This document shows positions 54,012 to 64,000 of a DNA stretch of 64,000 bases, one piece after another; position 1 is the stretch's first letter; every line of letters begins with the position of its first letter. This stretch comes from Eledone cirrhosa (taxonomy: Eukaryota). The position numbers and the translations under genes are program-made. Location of the stretch: positions 17,360,001-17,424,000 of the forward strand of contig OZ024752.1 of the NCBI GenBank assembly GCA_964016885.1. The letters are read 5' to 3'. The notes beneath the pieces are model-generated. The model saw only the letters and a program-made list of their open reading frames with translations, ran no database searches and was not told where the DNA came from.

Positions 54012-54540
54012 CTTCTTCTTCTTCTTCTTCTTCTTCTTCTTCTTCTTCTTCTTCTTCTTCTTCTTCTTCTTCTTCTTCTTGAGAGGGTCGTCGAGGCAGA
54101 GTAATCAAACACTCCTTCCAGTGGTCCTGTCAGAAGCAACCATTTCCCGTTGCTCCGGCTGGATCCCCAAGCGAGACTAACCAAGCTCATGGTTGTTATC
54201 CAACCATCTTACTCGGGGTCTACCTCTGTGTCTTCTGCCGATTGGTTTTTGCCCTAAAATCTGTCCAGCGATTATTTGCTGATACATTCTAACCACATGC
54301 CCACAGTATCGGATCGGTTATATCTCAATTCAGAGAAGTAGTGGCTCTACCTGGAGTGACTCTCTATCGAGTAAATGTTACTCCAAATACCTTTCGGGGG
54401 AACCTCGTTTCGGCTGCTTGTAACCGCAATCGTATTCTTTCGGTTATTACCAAGATTCATGACCATAGGTAAGGGTTAGCACGAATATCAAATTGAAGAT
54501 AGTTGAGCTTTTACACCTACCTCTCTTCTGATTACCGAAT
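53983..54540 (-). mobile_element. Decayed LINE 3' end with (GAA)n tail
   Basis: Minus-strand YCGHVVRM...GRRHRGRPRVRWLD, followed by about 32 GAA repeats. Confidence 0.7.
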
Positions 54541-54782
54541 GCTGAAGAGTAAATTATAATGAGGTTAGGCTTAATATTTAAATATTTAAAATTATATTCT
54601 AATTTCATTTAACACTCTACATACTAATTACAGACAACCTCTGGATTTATATTTTAACTGTTCGTTTTAGTGTTGATTCCTATTCCTTTGAAGACCATAA
54701 ATATATATGGAGGAGAATGACTGATATAATCAATTATCGATCGTCAAGATCCTAGACCTCAATCGCTTACTGAGTGGGATGG

Positions 54783-55008
54783 AGCTCGTCAAATCGAACT
54801 CGCAACCTCACGTTTGCGAATCCAATTCTCTAACCACTAAGCCACGCGCGTTCACTAATCAACTATACACAGTTATATTGGAGGATTTATTCTGTAAGGG
54901 TTTCTGATTTAGGCACAAGGCCAGAAATTTTGGAGTGGGAAAGTCGATTAAATTGACCCCAGTGCATTACTGATGCTTTATTTTATCGATCCCGTAAGGA
55001 TGAAAGGA
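54783..55008 (-). mobile_element. tRNA-like SINE head (54783-54853) and a Nin/Deu SINE 3' fragment (54900-55008)
   Basis: tggcttagtggttaga...gagttcgattt and ctttcatccttacgggatcgataaaataaag. Confidence 0.6.
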
Positions 55009-55380
55009 AGCCGTAGCTATGCAACGGCTTCCTAAAATCGTATTTCTTTAGAAATACGAAACTTCTATACATATTGTATAAAGCTATGCTTGAAGCGAAA
55101 TCTTATTTCTTTTCTATTATATGTTGAGCCAACTTATGCAGCTTCATATGCAAATGAGATTAATCACCTCATTTACACAGACGAGAAAACTATATATTCT
55201 CGGTTGTTTTCAAGTCCAGCAGTCGCAAAGCGGTGGAGGGATCGTCCTGACGATGGCCAGTCAAGCCTGAAATGCATAGACAGTTGTCCCCCTTGCTTCT
55301 GCTGGACATCACCAGAGGGCGTTAGCATAGCTACGGCTTCCTAAAATCGTATTTCTTTAGAAATACGAAATTTCTATACA
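55006..55380 (+). mobile_element. Miniature PLE/retrozyme-like unit (family I), ~309-bp period
   Basis: ~47-bp direct repeat at 55024 and 55333. An 18-bp 5' inversion (55006-55023 is the approximate reverse complement of 55325-55342). Internal hammerhead. Confidence 0.7.
55244..55281 (+). ncRNA. Minimal hammerhead ribozyme, family I
   Basis: gtc-CTGACGA-t ggc cagtcaa gcc t-GAAA-tgca-TA-gac. Palindromic ATGCAT. Confidence 0.8.
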
Positions 55381-55707
55381 CACATATATATATGTGTGTG
55401 TGTGTGTCTGTATGTGTGTATGTATGGTGATGGAGGTGTTGGTAGCTGTGGTAGTGGTGTGTGAGTGTATATATATATATATATATATATGTTTGTGTGT
55501 GTGTGTGGTGGGGGAGTATTTGTCGTATATGAGGTAACAGGTGTGATATGATAATTGGAAATCATTTGAAAATGTCAGGTCAAATTTTGATGACAAGATA
55601 GTGTGACATGCATATTTCATTGAACAGGTTAAGCAACAAGTCTTTGAAACCACAAAACACACTGAGTTTTTTGTTTCATAGACGTCATTTTGTTACTGAA
55701 AATTGCA

Positions 55708-57665
55708 ACTACTTCCTGTAGAAGAGAAAATTAGCACTACTTCCTGTAGAAGAGAAAATTACCACTACTTCCTGTAGAAGAGAAAATTACAACTACTTTC
55801 TGTAGAAGAGAAATTTGCTACTTCCCGTAGAAGAGCACATTACAACTATTTCCTGTAGAAGAGAAAAATACAACTACTTCCTGTAGACGAGAAAATTACA
55901 ACTACTTCCTGTAGAAGAGAAAATTACAACTACTTCCTGTAGAAGAGAAAATTACAACTACTTCCTGTAGACGAGAAAATTACAATTACTTCCTGTACAA
56001 GAAAAAATTACAACTACTTCGTCTAGATAAGAACATTACAACTACTTCCTGTAGAAGAGCACATTACAACTACTTTCTGTAGAAGAGAAAAATACAACTA
56101 CTTCCTGTAGAAGAGAAAAATACAACTACTTCCTGTAGAAGAGAAAATTACAACTACTTACTGTAGAAGAGAAATTTGCTACTTCATGTAGAAGAGAAAA
56201 TTACAACTTGCTGTAGAAGAGAAAATTACAACTATTTCCTCTAGAAGAGAAAAATACAACTACTTCCTGTAGACGAGAAAATTACAACTACTTCCTGTAG
56301 AAGAGAAAATTACAACTACTTCCTGTAGAAGAGAAAAATACAACTACTTCCTCTAGAAGAGAAAAATACAACTACTTCCTGTAGACGAGAAAATTACAAC
56401 TACTTCCTGTAGACGAGAAAATTACAACTACATCCTGTAGAAGAGAAAATTACAACTACTTCCTGTAGAAGAGAAAATTACAACTACTTCCTGTAGAAGA
56501 GAAAAATACAACTACATCCTGTAGAAGAGAAAAATACAACTATTTCCTGTAGAAGAGAAAATTACAATTACTTCCTGTAGACGAGAAAATTACAATTACT
56601 TCCTGTAGAAGAGAAAAATACAACTACTTCCTGTAGAAGAGAAAAATACAACTACTTCCTGTAGAAGAGAAAATTACAACTACTTACTGTAGAACAGAAA
56701 TTTGCTACTTCCTGTAGAAGAGAAAATTACAACTTGCTGTAGAAGAGACAATTACAACTATTTCCTCTAGAAGAGAAAAATACAACTACTTCCTGTAGAC
56801 GAGAAAATTACAACTACTTCCTGTAGAAGAGAAAAATACAACTACTTCCTGTAGAAGAGAAAATTACCACTACTTCCTGAAGAAAAGAAAATTACAACTA
56901 CTTTCTGTAGAAGAGAAATTTGCTACTTCCCGTAGAAGAGCACATTACAACTATTTCCTGTAGAAGAGAAAAATACAACTACTTCCTGTAGACGAGAAAA
57001 TTACAACTACTTCCTGTAGAAGAGAAAATTACAACTACTTCCTGTAGAAGAGAAAATTACAACTACTTCCTGTAGACGAGAAAATTACAATTACTTCCTG
57101 TACAAGAGAAAATTACAACTACTTCGTCTAGATAAGAACATTACAACTACTTCCTGTAGAAGAACACATTACAACTACTTTCTGTAGAAGAGAAAAATAC
57201 AACTACTTCCTGTAGAAGAGAAAAATACAACTACTTCCTGTAGAAGAGAAAATTACAACTACTTACTGTAGAAGAGAAATTTGCTACTTCCTGTAGAAGA
57301 GAAAATTACAACTTGCTGTAGAAGAGAAAATTACAACTATTTCCTCTAGAAGAGAAGAATACAACTTCTTCCTGTAGACGAGAAAATTACAACTGCTTCC
57401 TGTAGAAGAGAAAATTACAACTACTTCCTGTAGAAGAGAAAATTACAACTACTTCCTGTAGAAGAGAAAAATACAACTACTTCCTGTAGACGAGAAAAAT
57501 ACAACTACTTCCTGTAGAAGAGAAAAATACAACTATTTCCTGTAGAAGAGAAAATTACAATTACTTCCTGTAGACGAGAAAATTACAATTACTTCCTGTA
57601 GAAGAGAAAAATACAACTACTTCCTGTAGAAGAGAAAAATACAACTACTTCCTGTAGAAGAGAAC
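55708..57665. repeat. 28-bp satellite (actacttcctgtagaagagaaaattaca), about 70 copies with higher-order structure
   Basis: Directly visible. Diagnostic variants recur at a 1105-bp offset. Confidence 0.98.
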
Positions 57666-57771
57666 ATACATGTAAAATATGTCCAGAAAAACCTTTAAAA
57701 TTGAAATTTATAAATTAAAACAATAAAAAAGTAAAAATCTCAAATAGCATCTCAGATATGATATTTTATCC

Positions 57772-58250
57772 ACCCAGCTGGACGGAGGGGACGGCAAAAG
57801 GCCAGACGGTATGACCATCTTCCCGTTCCGCGGTGGAAAACCCCACGTCTGGGATGCCACTTGCAGTGACACTTTCTCCAGCCTTAACCTGGTGCAGTCT
57901 GCGACTAACCCAGGTTCTGCTGCACGTCGGGCTGAGGAGGGCAAACTATCCAAGTACCGGTCACTCTCCGACAGGTTCGCGGTCGTGCCCTTGGCAGTGG
58001 AAACTTCTGGTGTCCTTGGCCCTTGGGCTTCCTCCATACTCACCACCATAGGCGCTGATCTGGCCAGCCGCAGATGTGACCCTCGCGAGATGGAATGGCT
58101 GTTCCAGCGCATCTCCCTTACCATCCTCCGGGGAAACGCCTTCTCCATTCTGTCCGCCGGGGCTGTGGGAAGGCCAGCACGTGGGATCCCATTTGCTCAT
58201 AATACAGAGAGATGGGGAGGGCGAGAAAGAGGGAGGCGATGACAGTGGGA
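57772..58250 (+). mobile_element. CRE-clade non-LTR 3' fragment (REL endonuclease)
   Basis: LDGGDGKRPDGMTIFPFRGGKPHVWDATCSDT..KLSKY..PLAVETSG..LFQRISLTILRGNA. Confidence 0.85.
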
Positions 58251-58521
58251 GTTCGGCTCCTCCATGTTCGGACCATACCCTTGAAATATATAAAGATGGA
58301 AATTTCAACAATTCCTAGACATTACCTTTTACTATTTTATATCTATTAATCAACTTGACCGGATGGGAGATAGACGTTATTTTGTAAATAAACCGATTTT
58401 AGGATGAATAACGTACGAATGAGCAGAGACCACAGAATACCATGTTGTTAGAATGTGGTAAATATAACAAGGTACTGGAGGTATTCGCACAAAATCAGAG
58501 ATGAGCTTACATATTGAGGGT

Positions 58522-58607
58522 TATCTGAGGATCTTTCGATTACAGAGTCAGGTTCGATCAATAATAGATCATTCCTCGAGCTGATCGACAGTGAAACATA
58601 TGTAATA
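58522..58607 (+). ncRNA. Type I hammerhead ribozyme, family N
   Basis: tat-CTGAGGA-t ct ttcgat...atcga c ag t-GAAA-catatg-TA-ata. Palindromic ACATATGT. Upstream of (TA)n at 58749. Confidence 0.65.
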
Positions 58608-58744
58608 TGTTATTAAATATGTTATGATGCAATACTGACTCTTTGTTTCTTTATTCTTATACTATTATACTGTGCTCTGCGCGAGCATCGAGTGCTCATC
58701 CGGCATACCAACTACAGACGCAATTATCTTGCACCTAATCACTC

Positions 58745-58802
<58 letters not shown>

Positions 58803-60111
58803 TAAAACATGTCTTTAGAATCACTAGATATAATATATACCATTTCCTCTCCTAATCACCATAATTAACCATATAAGAAATCAATTAGACCAAGCTATAA
58901 GAATAAAGGCTCCTATGAAGAAATCTCCGACAAATAACCGAAAGCAGCCCCTTCGCGGTGGCTGCGATGGAGTATTTATCGAACATTTCGACAACATGTA
59001 GAAATCGACCAGATGTACAGTCAACTAAACATAATTAGGTGTAAAATCAAACTTAGAAGAAATGCGTACATACCTCTACCATGGTTTCATCCGTATTTTA
59101 AGACATCCGATAACAGGGAATGTCTAGAGCTTCGGATTCATCAGGAGTGAACTCAAAATTAGACATTTAATTTTCCAAAGTGATCGCGCCAAAAATACAT
59201 TCAAAAATGGCTAAGAATCGTGACGTGGCAGCGGTCAAGCTAGAAAGGATGTGATTAGTTGCTTACAACGTTTTTGAATGTATTTTTGGCGCGATCACTT
59301 TGGAAAATTAAATGTCTAATTTTGAGTTCACTCCTGATGAATCCGAAGCTCTAGACAGTCCCTGTTATCGGATGTCTTAAAATACGGATGAAACCATGGT
59401 AGAGGTAATTAGGTATGTACGCATTTCTTCTAAGTTTGATTTTACACCTAATTATGTTTAGTTGACTGTATATCTGGACGATTTCTACATGCTGTCGAAA
59501 TGTTCGATAAATACTCCATCGTAGCCACCGCGAAGGGGCTGCTTTCGGTTATTTGTCGGAGATTTCTTCATAGGAGCCTTTATTCTTATAGCTTGGTCTA
59601 ATTGATTTTTTATATGGTTAATTATGTTGATTGGGAGAGGAAATGGTATATATTATATCTAGTGATTCTAAAGACATGTTTTATGATATATAGCTCTGAT
59701 TATTTAATTTATTAATTCTTCATTGAGCCACAACGTGACCTGTTGCAAAACACATATATATCTATGACTTTATATATATGTAAACCTTTATATGTAATAA
59801 TCTCCCGTTTGGTTGAGATACAATTTGGCTATATTGGGCTGCGCTTTCAGCAATAAGCCTACCCGCCGTAAGCAACTAATCACATCCTTTCTAGCTTGAC
59901 CGCTGCCACGTCACGATTCTTAGGCATTTTTGAATGTATTTTTGGCACGATCACTTTGGAAAATTAAATGTCTAATTTTGAGTTCACTCCTGATGAATCC
60001 GAAGCTCTAGACAGTCCCTGTTATCGGATGTCTTAAAATACGGATGAAACCATGGTAGAGGTAATTAGGTATGTACGCATTTCTTCTAAGTTTGATTTTA
60101 CACCTAATTAT

Positions 60112-64000
<3,889 letters not shown>

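Noticed and set aside
54783-54853. tRNA gene
   Set aside because: A and B boxes are present but there is no complete cloverleaf; more consistent with a SINE head.
55708-57665. 28-bp repeats resembling a CRISPR array (also 18285-18676)
   Set aside because: Units are contiguous with no unique spacers, there are no cas genes, and the context is eukaryotic.

Overview
AT-rich, microsatellite-dense eukaryotic (animal) genomic DNA. The SINE types and repeat landscape suggest an octopod cephalopod, but that is an inference. Only one host protein-coding segment is supportable: a minus-strand GT11 alpha-1,2-fucosyltransferase (16392-~17635/17792) with a mucin-like repeat stem. The rest is mostly retroelements: two RTE LINEs with C-terminal C2H2 fingers, a second RTE family, an R4/Dong-like element, Tx1/L1 and CRE fragments, three Penelope-like (PLE) remnants and Nin/Deu-domain SINEs. 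There are also Helitron and hAT remnants and two 28-bp satellites. Two things stand out. (1) At least 11 unrelated families of short, mostly non-coding elements each carry a type I hammerhead ribozyme motif, about 25 copies on both strands. They often have a palindromic stem III and a U-U pair closing stem II, are arranged as foldbacks or tandem arrays, and nearly all lie between (TA)n tracts. This looks like a diverse retrozyme-like/non-autonomous PLE system. (2) Bases 1-~3900 recur almost identically at 60112-64000, so the window may be one ~60.1-kb unit of a tandem duplication. All alignments and RNA folds were done by eye; coordinates of element edges are approximate.
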